Origin: Camelus ferus
Lineage: Eukaryota
DNA: 64,000 nt
Reading direction: 5' to 3'
Assembly: GCF_009834535.1 (NCBI RefSeq)
Contig: NC_045707.1
Location: 49,044,001 to 49,108,000 of the forward strand
In this document: one piece after another, positions 40,346 to 53,999 of the stretch
Layout of the letters: each line of letters starts with the position of its first letter
Numbering within the stretch: the stretch's first letter is position 1
Notes under the pieces: generated by a model
Told to the model about the DNA's origin: nothing
Seen by the model: only the letters and a program-made list of their open reading frames with translations
The model's database searches: none
Made by a program: the position numbers and the translations under genes

Positions 40346-42262
40346 GAGGAATTCTACTGGGCAGGAAAAGCACTCTAAGGCTGTAAGAGTTTCTTCAGCT
40401 ATATATCAATTTCTCTTTCAGATGTCAGCTGATAAATGTCTATCTGGAATGTACCTTGGAGAGAGTAAACAATCTCTCATTTTATGGTTAAGACTTAGTC
40501 TTGATATGACTTACCTCAAGTGATAGAATAAATTAACGGCCTAATCAGAACTTTGACCCAAGGCTCTTATGAATATCTATTCCCCTGAAGTTTCCGAGTA
40601 AATCCTGACTGCATGACTCCTCCAGCAATTCCTATAAACCTTTAGTACTTTAGATATTGAATTAAGAGTACCCAAAACTTTATTTTAAATATATGCTAAA
40701 GTAGTAATTAAAACAAAATTGGCCCTAGTCAGCTTTCTACATTGCCAGAAAAATAGTAACTAATTTTGTAAATTATTTCTCCATTTTAATAGCTAAATTG
40801 CATTGAGCCAACCAAATGATTATGTGATGATCAGCCAATATTATTCCCATTTTTACAATACAAATGCTCCATTATTCAGTTTAATTTGGTCATGCTTAAT
40901 GATAGCCGTGAAATGAAAATCAGTTTAATAATAAAGGAAAACACAAAATATGTATTAGTTTAATTGCCTAAATTAAATTTCAGTAGGGAACATATATGGA
41001 AGGGACCAGGAGGAAATGAGAATAATAAGCAATGATTTTCTGAAAATGTGAAAATTATCTTAATATATTTTGAAGAGTTGTTTAATTTGGAAATTAGGTT
41101 TGTTGTTTCTACAGAAGACAATGTGAGACCATGATTTTTGTTTATTTGTAACATTTTAGAATACTATGGGGCAATTTTTACGGTTTCAAAACATAATAAT
41201 TTATTACCACTGTCAAAAAAAGCTTTTACTACTAATAAGATAGTTGAGGTCACAGAGGAAAAAAATCATAATTGATAGTTGAGCCATTCTATTAGAAGAC
41301 AATTATTTCTTGCCACATGTTTAATTTACTACACACATATATTAAGTAAGATGTCAACAGGTGGTTGGTTATACTGACCCCACAAATCAAAGGTACTAGA
41401 TACATAGGATATTATACTGTAGAATTTCCCCCAAGGAATATAAGTCTATAAAATTGAACACCAAGTAATAAAGCAATGGAAAAGCTACCAGATTTAAGTG
41501 GAGACAAAATAATCATTCAGTTATCATCCATAAAACCAGTCTGGTGAACCACATATCAAATAGTGAAGGATATTAATTGCTGTCAATTTTAATAGAATAA
41601 AGAAATAAGGCATCTATTATCCAAGAGAAAAAAATAATGTAAATTCGCTAGCCTTCTAATTTTCCTACCACCTACCTAGGATTTTTGGCCGACTTGAAGA
41701 CTGATCTGCTTGTGTTTCTTCATGGACTGCTTACTATTTATCTTTTCAAGTGTCCTTTATTTTCTTTCACTTTCATATTGAGCAGAACTGAGAGAAACAA
41801 CTCACTACAATAGCTACAAATGAGATTAATAGGGATCAGTGAGATACATTCTGGTGTGTAAAAGTTCTTAATAAGAAAACTTCGTTCTTTAAGAAATGAT
41901 TATGTGTATTCCAACATAGAAACTTTAAAAGGAGCTTAAACGTGACATCTGGTGTCCCATAATCCCATGCATTTTAGCATCTGTTCCAGACTTTTTATCT
42001 TTCAATGAAATATTATTATTAGTTGTTGTATTAAGATAGGATGTGTTGTGTAGATCAACAATATGTGTCTGCAGCTTTGGCCATGGTCTGATTTAATGGC
42101 ATGAGATACATATGCAGTGAGCAGAGGTTTTATTTTAACTAGGTTTCTAAGTTAGAGAAAAGTGAAGTAGCTAACATCTCCTTTTCAAGAACAGTGGTCA
42201 GGGTGTGAGTGGATAAATGAAGTACTCTTGTTAATTAAGAGAAGTTTCCCAGTAATTAAGAA

Positions 42263-44424
42263 TTAAGTGACCAGATACAAGTATCTCCTTCCAGTCTAGC
42301 TAGGATTAGTAATTCTTGACTGCGTAGTCCTGCTCAGTACCAACCAGTTTAGCTGTGGCTTCTGTTGTACCCTGTGAGATTCACTAAGTCACTCGGTCAC
42401 TAGTCAGTGAAGCCAATGGGAAATGGGAGAAAATTATACTTTCGAATTGAATACTGAATACATGTGCAGATTAGAGGCTGAGCAGTCCTGTCCTACAGTC
42501 TACAGAGAAAAAAGCTTTATGCCCTTGCTACAGTGATTTTCTCAATTTTACTTAATTTACAAATATTTGGTTTTTTGGTTTAGTAACACTTATTTTATAG
42601 TAAATTATTTTGGCAACAATGAATGTGAAGTAAACAAAAGTCAATGTCTAGTGAAATGTCTACTGCATTTTAATCTCTCTAGAAAGTTGATAATAAACAT
42701 GTAACTCTCATAAAACGTTTGCTGATGTTTACCGTTTACTATGGGAGCCACAGTGATATTGCTGAACACATGAAGACCAGAAACTGCTACGAAGCCTCAG
42801 CATTCTATTTCAAAAGTTAGGAGTTATTTTAAGAACCCAAACAACTTCAGCAAGTATGTTGACAATTTATTTTGTGAAGACTGATTTTGCATTTAGATCA
42901 AATTGCTTACTTTCAATTCCAAGTTCTCTTGTGCACATATGGAAAGTGAAGCAATAGCTGTTATTATGCTAGTTCCAGTAACAGAATTCCACAAACACTC
43001 AAATGATACAAATTTTATGTGTCATCACTTCAAACAGCATACCAAAAAATTAATTCTGGTAAATGTGATATTGTTTTATCCAATTCATGTAATTCAAGCG
43101 AAGTTTTAGGAAATTCATTAGATCAAAGGTGAAATATGATATTATTTTGAATGCTAATATAAACTCATTTAATACTCAAAATTGAAAATGGTATTTTTTA
43201 GAGGTGACAGTCTAAATACGATTTTAGATGGAGCACACTGTGACGCAAAACCAAGTTTTTATTAAGAAAATCTGGGGGGGGGGGTATAGTTCAGTGGTAC
43301 GAGTCCAAGCTTAGCTTGCACAAGGTCCTCAGTTCAATACCCAGTGCCGCCACTTCAAAAAAAAAACTTAAGAAATCTAATTAACTCCCCCCCAAAAAAA
43401 TTTTTAAAAAAAGAAAATCTAAAAAATAGAAATGTACTTAAAATTTATTGTGAATATTTAATTTGTAATTGTGTAAAACTAGCTATAATATATATCAATC
43501 CAAAAAGAAGCTGAAGTATCAAAACATGACTTATTTTTATACATAGATAGTGAAAGTAACTTTCTTGAAGGGAAGCCAATATTGAATACAAAAGAATTCA
43601 GCTTCACAGTGTATGCTTTCCGATTTAAATTCCTTTCATCAATTTGATTTTAAACAAATATGAGCTTTTGAAATCTACTTTGTAAATCAACCCATGTGTA
43701 CTACAATAATTTTTAAATTTTTTTGGTATATCATGCCTCTACATTTTGTTTAAAATTTCTTTGAAATCTTTCATTAAAGTATTTAATGGAGTGCCAAATA
43801 ACTTTGGCATTTAAAGCTTTTACTGAATCAAAGCTTTATTTAAAATAAAACCTGCAAACAGGAAAACATTAAAATTTATCCCCACAAAATCAAGGGAGGA
43901 ACTGAACAAATTAGATGATGAGAGCTTACACAGTGTTTAAGATTTAATTTCATAATTGCACTTTAGAGTAGTTCCACTTGTACAAGTCTCCTTTGATTGC
44001 ATTCCTATTTTTAATTTGATAAATTTATACACTGTAATGGGTGGAACTGAAATTAAGAAGCCTTACAATTTCACAGCACCTACTTTTGGTCAAACCAATT
44101 AAAATAAAATTCATCAGATAATATCTCTATGTTTATCTTGCAGAAATATTTGTCTAAGAAAGGTAATCAATGAGTCAAAAATTAGTACCTAAGAAAACTC
44201 ATGGGCTAAAATGTTTACCCATTCAATTGAAAAGAAAATAATTAAGAATTGAAAAGAACTTTCATTTCACAGAATTTGTTCTGATCTTGCTAAACAGCTC
44301 GGCACCTATAGAGGAAGTAATTTTGTCAGTTAAAATATTATAATCTTTAGAAAAGGGTCAATTGAAGATGTTAATTTTGTTTGTGATGTCAACCAGTTCT
44401 AGTTTAGATGATTTGGTCATCCTA
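42263..44424 (+). mobile_element. hAT DNA transposon fossil (Blackjack-like) with degraded transposase
   Basis: Imperfect TIRs taagtgacca (42264-42273) and tggtcatcct (44414-44423) resemble AGGGTGACCA termini; ORF 42903-43109 (FNSKFSCAHMESEAIAV...KLILVNVILFYPIHVIQAKF) resembles a hAT transposase segment as recalled; no 8-bp TSD visible. Confidence 0.7.
43274..43410 (+). mobile_element. tRNA-derived SINE (camelid Vic-1-like)
   Basis: G-run head, A box tagttcagtgg, B box gttcaatacc, A-rich tail; perfect TSD aagaaaatct (43264-43273, 43411-43420) preceded by tt (L1 endonuclease-type site). Confidence 0.92.
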
Positions 44425-44557
44425 CTCTGAGAACAGGCTGTACCTTTAAAAGTCTGGAACGCTTCAGCTTTTCCACAGGCAATAATACTTATTACACTGG
44501 TGGGTGTTTCAGTAGGAGGCATTAATAATCCCGTATCACCCTTTTCATGTTGAAGTG

Positions 44558-44757
44558 CTTTTTATTACACACGTATAGAGGAATGCACAAATTATAACTA
44601 TGCTGCTATGTAAATGTGTACAAAGTGGATATATCTATGTAACTCAGATTATAAAAAGAACATAGCTAACATCCTGGAAGCTCCCTGATGTCCCGTGTCA
44701 GCTACCACACTCTTACTCTCAGGGTCACCTATGTTGTAACTTCAAAGAACACAGATG
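44558..44757 (-). mobile_element. Old L1 (L1ME-like) 3' end
   Basis: aatgcacaaattataact...agaacatagctaacatcctggaagctccctgatgtccc...tgtaacttcaaagaacacagat. Confidence 0.65.
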
Positions 44758-45747
44758 GTATCCAGTGGCAGTCACCTTATAGTTGAGAAGCCATTTGAGA
44801 AGTACCCTTAATCTTCAATTGATTATCAATCAATCTTTAATTGATTGCTTTCATAATTTTGGAGAAAAGATTCACATACCAGTGTAAATCTCAATGATAG
44901 TATTTTGGTTTCCACCTGATTGTTGGCTTTGTTCTTTTTGAACAAGGAGAGTTATAAATAAATAAATTAGTCATACAAACAGGCTGTCCTAAAAATACTG
45001 ATTATGTTTTTTCTGCAAATGCCAAGAATAATTTAGGTGGAACAATTAAATTTAGTTTCAAACCCTTAACAGAGAATCTTCAGAAAAAAAGTAGTTACTC
45101 TTATATAAAGTATATATCAGTATAGATTGGATATTGGATACCTGGTATGGGATTAATTTGTGATTCAGAGATTTTTTTTTTCTTCCATTGTCTTCTGAAC
45201 AGCGAGGAATTTTATTGAAATGGGATCAGTTGTTTTGATATTTATACCTTACCATTATCTATTTTAGCATATTTATCTCTTTAAAATATGAAATTACTTG
45301 TTTGAAATCATATAAACTTTGTGGAAAAATCAAGTTCTGGAAATGAAGTCTATTTTCTCCATTTCTCTGTCTAAGAGTTATGTTAGAAATACAATAGAGA
45401 TTAGCAAGAAACTACCAGTAATTGATTAAGTATACGGAGAATTCAGCCAATTTAATATTACTTAACATATCAGTTTACATGTCCAAATCACCATATACTT
45501 AGTAATATTCTGTTTCTGCATTTTTAGTAAGTTAATTTCAACTTCTATATTACTGAATAAATTTCAGGAAAACACAAACATATTGAGACATTCTGAAATA
45601 AATACAAGTTATGAAATAATATAGCATTATATAAAATATTATTTTCCTGATATTTTCATAAGAAATGATGGAGTTTCTGCAAATATGTTTTAGAATAAAA
45701 TTGAAAAACTGTAACACATCAAGTCAAACATATTTGGATCTGACACA

Positions 45748-45749
45748 TA

Positions 45750-45813
<64 letters not shown>
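45748..45813 (+). repeat. (TAA)~22 microsatellite with one TAG interruption
   Basis: Directly visible; explains the poly-Tyr ORF 45690-45875. Confidence 0.97.
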
Positions 45814-45817
<4 letters not shown>

Positions 45818-45834
45818 CAGCAACAACAGGAATA

Positions 45835-46050
45835 AAAACAATAGTAATTCCCAGTGCTTCTTGGGGTCTTATCATCTATGTGCTGGGCCTGATGCTCTGC
45901 TTGCTTTCACACTGACTTATTTTATCCCAGCAAAAATTGATATTCAGGGAAGATAAGTACTTGCACAATGATACATAGCTGGTAAATTAAGACCTAGAAA
46001 TGAAGTCAAGGCCATCTAATTTCAATGTCTATCCTTTTAACCACTCTAAT
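45835..46050 (-). mobile_element. MIR relic
   Basis: tatgtgctgggcctgatgct...agataagtacttgcacaatgatacatagctggtaaat...tccttttaaccact. Confidence 0.65.
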
Positions 46051-46977
46051 CATTTTCATAAGAATTAAGAAGGATATTTAATAAATAATAGAAGGAGTGG
46101 AATTTTTCTGTAGTATGGTATTTTTAGTCTTTATCAGATAATTCTGCATTTCATAAAGTGCCCATCATGCACAGAGGTCCATAAACTCACTCCCCTAAAT
46201 TACAATGGCAAAGTCTTTGTGCCTGCTATCAGGTGGATGGGTGTGCAGAACCTCTCACAGAGCTGGGAACAAAGTCTGAGGCTGTTCCATGTGCAGTTGA
46301 CTTTCCTGGGTCTTTTAAAACTCAATTTTCTTCCAAGTACCTCTTATTTTTAATTCCTGTAACACATTTTCACTGCCTTCTCCTCACCACCCACATCAAG
46401 GTTGAATATCTCTCTTTCCCACTGCTATGCTTTTGCTTCTGCCTACATCATTTCACTCATTCCTCCTACCTGCTTTTCTAATGTCTCCTTTCATTTTAAA
46501 CAAGTGCATCTTCCACCTACCTTCATGAAGATCTGAAGATTCCCTTAGAGAATTCTAGCTACTAGTACATAAATAGATGTATTTTTTCCAGGCAAACTTA
46601 TTCTGAGAAATAGTAAGTTTGCTTTTCCAGTTGAGTACAAGCCCAATATTTTATACATACCCTTCTAAATGCAAATATTAAGTGAATATACTTTCTAATT
46701 GAGTCTTATCAATAAAGTTTGAAACTCTTCTTAATCATTTGATATAATCATGATTTGTCAGTTCATTCTTCATCCTTTATAATTAAGAATAAGAATTCTA
46801 CTACCACAATATTATAACAGCAGCTTTATGATTTTTGCATTACCCCCTTATTAGCTAGCAACTACAAAACGTTGAATTTTATTCACTGACATGTCATTTT
46901 ATATTATTTGTGAATTTCTAAAAAATGTTTTAATGTAAATAAAGTAGTATTTTCTATAAAATGAATTTTATACTATG

Positions 46978-47100
46978 GTCATTCATTCATCAATTTATCC
47001 AACAAGTATTTTTTGGCACCTACTAAGTGCCATGCAATATTGTTTGTGCAAGAAATATAGTGGTTTGAGAGACTGAAAGTCTTTGCTTCTAGAGAGTAAA
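46978..47100 (-). mobile_element. L2 3' tail (further L2-like pieces at ~47990-48530)
   Basis: tcattcattcatcaatttatccaacaagtattttttggcacctactaagtgcca. Confidence 0.75.
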
Positions 47101-47511
47101 AAAGTTAACAACAACAACAAAGATATTCAGCATATTTGAGCTAGTAAATTTTTTTCAGTTAGTGACTACTGGCCCAAGGAGACAAATAAAAGGTGAGGGA
47201 TGGAGTATAACAGAGGTGGGGTCAGATACAAGGAGTTTGATGCTTAATTTAATAGGTAATATTTGCAATTTTTAGATTCTTTTAAGGACCTAACAAAAAA
47301 AGCACTGCTATATGTGGTGTTGCCCAACAGTTTTTCAATGTGCATGCACTCCTGTACCTACTGTGTAAATTATTCCAGGGACTGTGTTTTGGCCTTTCAG
47401 CGCTGGAATGAAGGTGGGAAGGGTAGGCTTCCATTCACACCTAATTACAGAGACAAATCCATAGAATATAAAAAGCATTTTTTATCCACAAAATGAGGAA
47501 TTTGGACTAAT

Positions 47512-47965
47512 CAAGGTTTTTAACCAGGGCACCATAGAATCCTACATAGTCTTTGGGTAAAATTCATGTATATTATGAAATTAAATGAGAAAAATTATCT
47601 TTATTTCCAAAAACCTCTAACTGAATTTTTTAGCATTTCCTTTAATTAAGAATAAATTGATAATCATATCAGCACTACCTATGAGTTTTTCACCAATAGA
47701 AATAGATTTTTTTTGTATTATATCATAGTTTGCAATATATCATATTGCAAGCTTTCATTTACTCCCATCACTACTGATAAATTATAATAACTATTAGATC
47801 CACAGCAAGATCACCCCACTAAATGCATTAATAAAGAATCACATATATCACTCCATCAGCATTTCTTTTAACTAATATAGTAAAATCATTTTGATCTAAT
47901 TTGTTTCCTTTATAACACTATGTGCTTCAGTTTGTGAAATAAAAGAACAAGATGAGAGAATGGTC
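47512..47965. mobile_element. Charlie4-like hAT DNA transposon
   Basis: caaggtttttaaccagggcacc...aacctctaactgaa...tagcatttcc...caccaatagaaat...catcactact...tgcattaataaagaatcacatatat, matching the recalled Charlie4a consensus. Confidence 0.75.
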
Positions 47966-48538
47966 ACATGAAATGAAAAGGTATCAATATAAAGTAGGAT
48001 ACAGATATATTTTATTTTTAAACGCCAGTCAAAGCAGGGCTGTGTAGTAAGTGGATGTTTGAACTGAGAGCTATAGAATGAGAAGCTGTGAGTACGAAAA
48101 ATGAGGGAATAGACACCAGGGCAAGGGAATAGGACAAAAGTCCCAAAACAGGAAAAGAGTGTGGTGAAAGTTATAGGAGGCAGGAAAAGACAATGAGTGT
48201 GGCAAGGGTGAGAGCTGTGTGTTTGTCTCCAGCCATGCTCAGCTGCACAGGTTCACAAGTGGAATAACAGATAGATGAATTTCACCAGGGTTGTGGTTTA
48301 GGCATCAGAGTTTGGCAGATCAGGAGAAGAGAGGTGAAGATATATGCTAAGGGTTGATAACAGTGATCATCGTGGAAACTAAGCAAAATAAGAACTATGA
48401 ATACTGGAGGTAGAGATATAAAAAAGGAATAGTGAGAGGATGGTAAATTAATCAGTGGTAAGGTCCAATGAAGTCTGAAGACTGCTGGAGGGAATATGTA
48501 CTCATTTAGTGATGCTAGTAAGAGATGATGATGGCTAT

Positions 48539-48904
48539 TGTCTTAATCAGCTCTGACTGCTATAACAAACACCACAGACAGGGTAACTTAAACAACAGAA
48601 ATTTACTTCCCACAGTTCTGAGGTCTTGAAGTCCAAGATCACGGTGCAGCAAGGTTGAGTTTTGATGAGAGCCCTCTTCCTGCTTGGTAGATGGATAACT
48701 TTTTGCTTTATCTTCATGAGGCAATAAAAGAGACCATGCCTGCCTGTCTGCCTCTTCTTAAAAGACCACTAATCCCATTCATGATGGTTCCATCCACATA
48801 ATCTAACTGCCTTGCAAAGGCCTTACCTCCACTACTTCATTTGGGATTAGGACCTCATTGTATGAATCTGGGAGGTGAGGGACACAGACACTAAGCCCAT
48901 AGCA
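48539..48904 (-). mobile_element. MLT1A-like MaLR solo LTR
   Basis: tgtcttaatcagctctgactgctataacaaa...aaacaacagaaattt...gaagtccaagatca...cccatagca; 5-bp TSD gctat (48534-48538)/actat (48905-48909). Confidence 0.92.
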
Positions 48905-49004
48905 ACTATGATGATACAGAGAAGTATATAATTCAAAATACTTTCCTGTTATTGTTACCAGGATACTGGAAAGGAAGCTTAAGTGAAGTAAGGAGTTTTT
49001 CCTA

Positions 49005-49085
49005 TACCAATTTATTCCCAGCTCTTAGAATTGTGTCTGGCACACAGAAGGTGCTTAATAAATGCTAACAAATTAAATGAACAGA
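49005..49085 (+). mobile_element. L2 3' tail
   Basis: tgtctggcacacagaaggtgcttaataaatg...aaatgaa. Confidence 0.7.
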
Positions 49086-49379
49086 TGTACATGTAAGCAA
49101 GATGTAGGATGACTGCCAGGTTTCTGAGTGGATGAAATTTTTTAATTAGGGAGGAGGGGATGGGGAAAAGGTTTGTAGTTATTTCATAAAAATGGATAAG
49201 AATCATACATATTAATTATTATCATCATCTTTTTATCAATAACACTCTTCTTGGAGCACTTATTCCAACACAAATAACACCATAGAATCATAAGAAAAAA
49301 ATGTATGAGATATACGATTCCTTCCTTCCTAGAGGTAAGAACATGTGGGGGATTTAGCTGATATTTAGGCAAGTATGGA

Positions 49380-49620
49380 AGAAGAGGGCAACAGATTTTT
49401 CACCAGCAAAACTGAACATTTAAAGAAAATGCAGAAATATCTTCAGTATCTTCATTGAAACTGCTTTGAATCTTGAATTACATTCCCAGCTAAACTATCA
49501 ATCATCCTAGCTAAACTATCAATCAAGGATGAGCAAAATAACAATAGTTTTCGAATTTGAAGACTAGGAAAGTCTGCACACTTCTAAAAATTGTTATTGG
49601 CAAAAACACTTTAGCAAAGC
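49380..49620 (+). mobile_element. Old L1/HAL1 ORF1 C-terminal relic
   Basis: gaattacattcccagctaaactatcaatca encodes ..FPAKLSI, like the ORF1p YPAKLS motif; this stretch is tandemly duplicated (~21 bp). Confidence 0.55.
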
Positions 49621-52600
49621 CAAAAATAACTCAAGTAATTAATATACTGTGGATAGGTCTCCAAAGTGCAATTAAAGAAAAGCTCTGGATTATAGAGTTA
49701 TTAAAGCCTAAGAAGCCTTCCTAACAAGTCCTTTTAACAAATATATTATTAAGCAATGGCTCAACTTAGTGATTTGTTGAATATAATGACTTCTTATTCT
49801 ATAAACAATCAGGAAACAAAAGAAAACCAAGGGAAAATTAGAAATCCCAGGAAAAATAGACATCAATGCTAGAAAGTCATAATCCAAATACTAAAATGTA
49901 ACATTATTTTTAGCAAATTAATTAAATATAGAAAAAGATTGTACATTTGGTTTTGATGATTAAATTGCCTCATTTAAGTAACACAGATTACCAAGGTAGA
50001 TTTCTTTTCTCTTCAAATCCATTCCCACTAGTTATGTAGAATGTCAATATTGTATATACTTGACATTACAAAAACTATCTTCATATTTAATAATTAACTT
50101 AGCCCCTAGTGAGGAAGATTTACCCCACAAAATCAGAGGTTCTTACAGGACAGAAATTCTGTCTTGTTCACTGATAAGTGAGTATCACCAAGAGCAGTAC
50201 CTGGCCTGACAAATAATAAGCACTCAATAAATTACAACTCCCCCCAAACCAAAAAAAGAAAGGTTAGTTCACTTGAGAGAGACTGAGGGGGCTGAGGAAG
50301 GGAGACACATGCGATACCTTGAAAATTAGTACGAATCCTCAAGGAGGTTGAAGATGGAATGTGGCAAAGAAAACAGCATATCAAGAGGAACATCACAGGT
50401 AAAGGGCACAGTCTATAAATAATTTGGTGTGGAGGAAAGATTGGACACAAGATTGGGGAGAGGAAAAAGGACTAAGCCAGTACATGGAAGGAGTTTAAAG
50501 CTTATGCTTTGTCCCTCTGAATAGATACATTTTTTTAAAAAAACCTGTGAATTTACTCATTTATAAAAAAAAAATGTGGAAGATATTTCCAAAGTAAGGC
50601 AACTTGGCAAATGAAGTTAAAGCTCACTTGAAGTAGGAATAAGAATGGAAAAAAGACACTTAGATGATCATAATATGAGGGCTCACCTTCCTCAAAACAG
50701 TAACGCTAAATGATCCTTCACAGAGTAATACTTATATATAAAGAACAGCTTCTCTCTTCCCAAGCAAAACACCACACATATATAACAAACAAATTATTTA
50801 AAGTTACTCATGGGTCCAATGGTTCATGAAACTCAATTTTATCACATGTGTTTTTTTTTTTTTTTTTAACTCTGTGAATGTAGGATTGCAGTGCATCCAT
50901 GTCTACTATCTGTCCCTTCTATATGCCCTTGTGTTACAAAGGTAGAAGTTATCAATAAAGTAAAAGAAATAAAGAAAGAGAGGGAGAAAAGAAAGACTAA
51001 AAGACCCAACAAAAGAAGAAAGAAGAAAAGCCAAATTGATGAATGTACCAGGAATTCCTGCATGTCACTACACTTAAGCGTTTATCGGCAGAAAGGCAAA
51101 TATGCATCTTGGTAGCTTTCATTTTTTTCCCAAAGCACAACTTAATTAATGCTGTCATATAGCTCCTGGTAACGGACTCATACCATAACAGTCCTCCCAC
51201 GCCACAAGATCAATGGAACCCTGGAAGCTACAGCAGAAAGAAATTAGAATGTGCATCAAATTTGTGAAGCTCATAAAGAAAACACATTTGCCCTTCATGT
51301 ATTTTTTAAAAGATTCTTGCTTCACTATATCTTATAAATGGTTTCTCTATTCAGCACAGCAAATAGAATTGAACTTTGATGTTACCCCATTTCTCAGAAG
51401 ACTAGAATGCCATTCAGTTTTAATAAAGATTTTAGTGGTGATGTTACTATGTTTAGGTGCCCAGTTATTCTATAGGGGCTTTGTAATGTCTAAGAAAGAG
51501 CCTGGCTTATAAGCTCATTTATGTGCCTCATTTCCTTCTTTCCTCTCTCTTTAGCACTCAAGAATCAAGTCTTATTTCCAACTTTAAGATTAACTTATTG
51601 ATTAGCTATACCTCAAACTTTGTCTTTAGTAGCATATTGGAGTGTGTAACAGGAAAAATAACTGAAAATTCAGAACAGTATTTAGGAATACGTACTCACT
51701 TAAATCAGTTTGGCTTTAGAGTAACTTTTAGATCAAAATAGTAGTTTTGGAGTCGTGACATTTAAGTAATTAATTTAACCCCAGGACCAAACTCTCAGTA
51801 CTGACTGAAAAAGTTGTATTTTAAAATACTAAGCCATGCAAGCAAACAAAAACATTTGCATCTCTCTCATTCCATATGTAATTGTTTATTGCTTCTTGTT
51901 TTCCCACATTAGGTGTTTGCCATTTGCTTCTCCCAAACTAAGTCATTCCAAAATGGAATAATTAGTTGAAGTCTGAATACTTAGTTATAAGATTCCATTT
52001 TTTCTTAGTTTATTTTAATATTTTACGGTATTGTCAACAAATATTATGTGAGGAAAACAGATTTAACTTATTGTGCTTTGTATTTTTGAAATTGTTGAAA
52101 ATATTCTTAAATTTATTTTAATGGCTCAATATTCTTAAATATATTTTAAAGGTTTGCTGATTAAAAGTTTAATACTGTATATAACTTGTGATATATAAAA
52201 GTTGCTTACAATTTCATATCTCTTCTAAAGAGATATGATATGCCTATTGCATCTACTGATGCGAGATTTCTTAAAATTGGTTGAATGATCTAGCATTAGG
52301 TCAAGGTCCTGCCACAATATTTTAGTATTTTGAGGTAGTAACAGAAATTACATTATATGCTCATCTTTTGTTGTTGACCACTGCTAGATTTGTAAATCCT
52401 GGATTCCTTATTCAATGGCTAATTTTAGTGAGCTATAGGATTTTTAATAACAGATTTTATGACTTTGTATCTACATATTCTGCACAGACTATAAAACTAG
52501 TTTTAACTCATGCTATCAGTATAATTTAGAAAAGAGGTTCATTAAATTTCTTATTACCAACTTAATATTAGGTTTCCTTATTTCCCTTCTATTCTAAGTA

Positions 52601-53999
52601 ATGATGCACAACTTCAAGAAATGTAGTTTGCTAAAGCTACTGCAGTTATTTTGGAGCAACATTTTAAGAATTTAATACCAGCAATGCATTTATAATGTTT
52701 CTAGCACCTCTACAACATGGATGAAAATACTGACTTTTTTCTTGCAGAGTTAAAAGAATCACTATTAAAAATGATCCGAAAATGTATGTGCTCTTAATAC
52801 TGGCTACTGTTAATTTAATATATGAAATCCATATTTTTGTCATAGCAATGAAATTCAAGTTTTTGCACTTGAATATGAATAGGAAAAAATAATATCAATA
52901 ATGTAATGAAGAATTACATTGAGTTAAGACATTGCACAATTGTATTATTGTATTACTTCATTACTGCATGCAATGAAAAAGTAATGCTCAAATATCCCAA
53001 TGGCTACATTGCCCTCTTTTCTGAGCTTGTGGATACAATAGGTGAAATTCTGATTTCTCTGAGATAATTATGATGCACACGAAGAAAACAAATTTTTTTC
53101 AGCTATGTCCTTTTTTCATAATCTTTATGTATAAATCACTGTACATATATAATACATGTATAATTTTACACATTGAAAACAGAGTTTTTAATTCTTTAAA
53201 GTTATTTAATAGATATATTTAAGAAATGTAATAATGTCAAAAGCTTACCAAGTAAAAGTGCCCATTTTATAGTTTCTTATTTTTTCACAATCTGTTTATG
53301 TGACCAAATAGACCAGTTTCAGGGGTAGTCTAGAAGAAATAGATGTACAGAATATAGATGAAGCTATGGAGTGAAGACTGAACTATTTTGGGATGGGGCA
53401 GTATTAGTAGGCTATCCAAAATCTAAGATCAAGTTTAAAATTTTAACAAACTCTTAACCTGTTTAACCAGTATAATTTAGGTGGAGCACAGGTATAGTAC
53501 TGGTAGCATGAATCACTTTCACTGCATATGAGACCTCTGCTATCATTTTCTATCAATTTAATTTATTTATTTTTTATTAAAAGTGCTTTACAAACAAGTA
53601 TGTATGTGCGTGTGTGTGCACACGCGTGTGTAAACCTACACACATCAAGAATTTAGGTTAGGGATCAGCTATTCCCAAGTATTTCATGTATATTGAAGAA
53701 TGTTGCCATAATTAGATTTTCATGGCAGATATGGTTAACATGAATGACAGATATAGTTAATACAGAAGTTTCATAAAATAGAGGAGGGTGGTTTATAATA
53801 ACATATAAAATGACATTTATAATGGTTGTTTGAGTCACTATTCATGTCTGGTCTCAACTGGAAATTCAAAGAGAAGTCTTTCTTAAGAAACCTTGAGTAA
53901 AGATGGAAGAAAGCGTAGAGATGGTATAGAAACAAACTAGAAGTGTTGAACCTGATGGTCTGTATTTATTTTACTAATGGAGGCAGCACTTACTAATAG

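Noticed and set aside
43274..43350. tRNA-like sequence (also ~58705-58783)
   Set aside because: Flanked by TSDs with A-rich tails and no clean cloverleaf: SINEs, not tRNA genes.
44479..44499. Plus-strand 21-nt microexon-like motif cag|GCAATAATACTTATTACACTG|gtgggt
   Set aside because: Lies between two repeats with no supporting exons; expected by chance in 64 kb.
45690..45875. Poly-tyrosine ORF
   Set aside because: Artefact of the (TAA)n microsatellite.
49481..49525. Short local duplications (also ~2762-2805, ~37889-37916, ~52100-52152)
   Set aside because: Ordinary replication-slippage duplications with no further structure.
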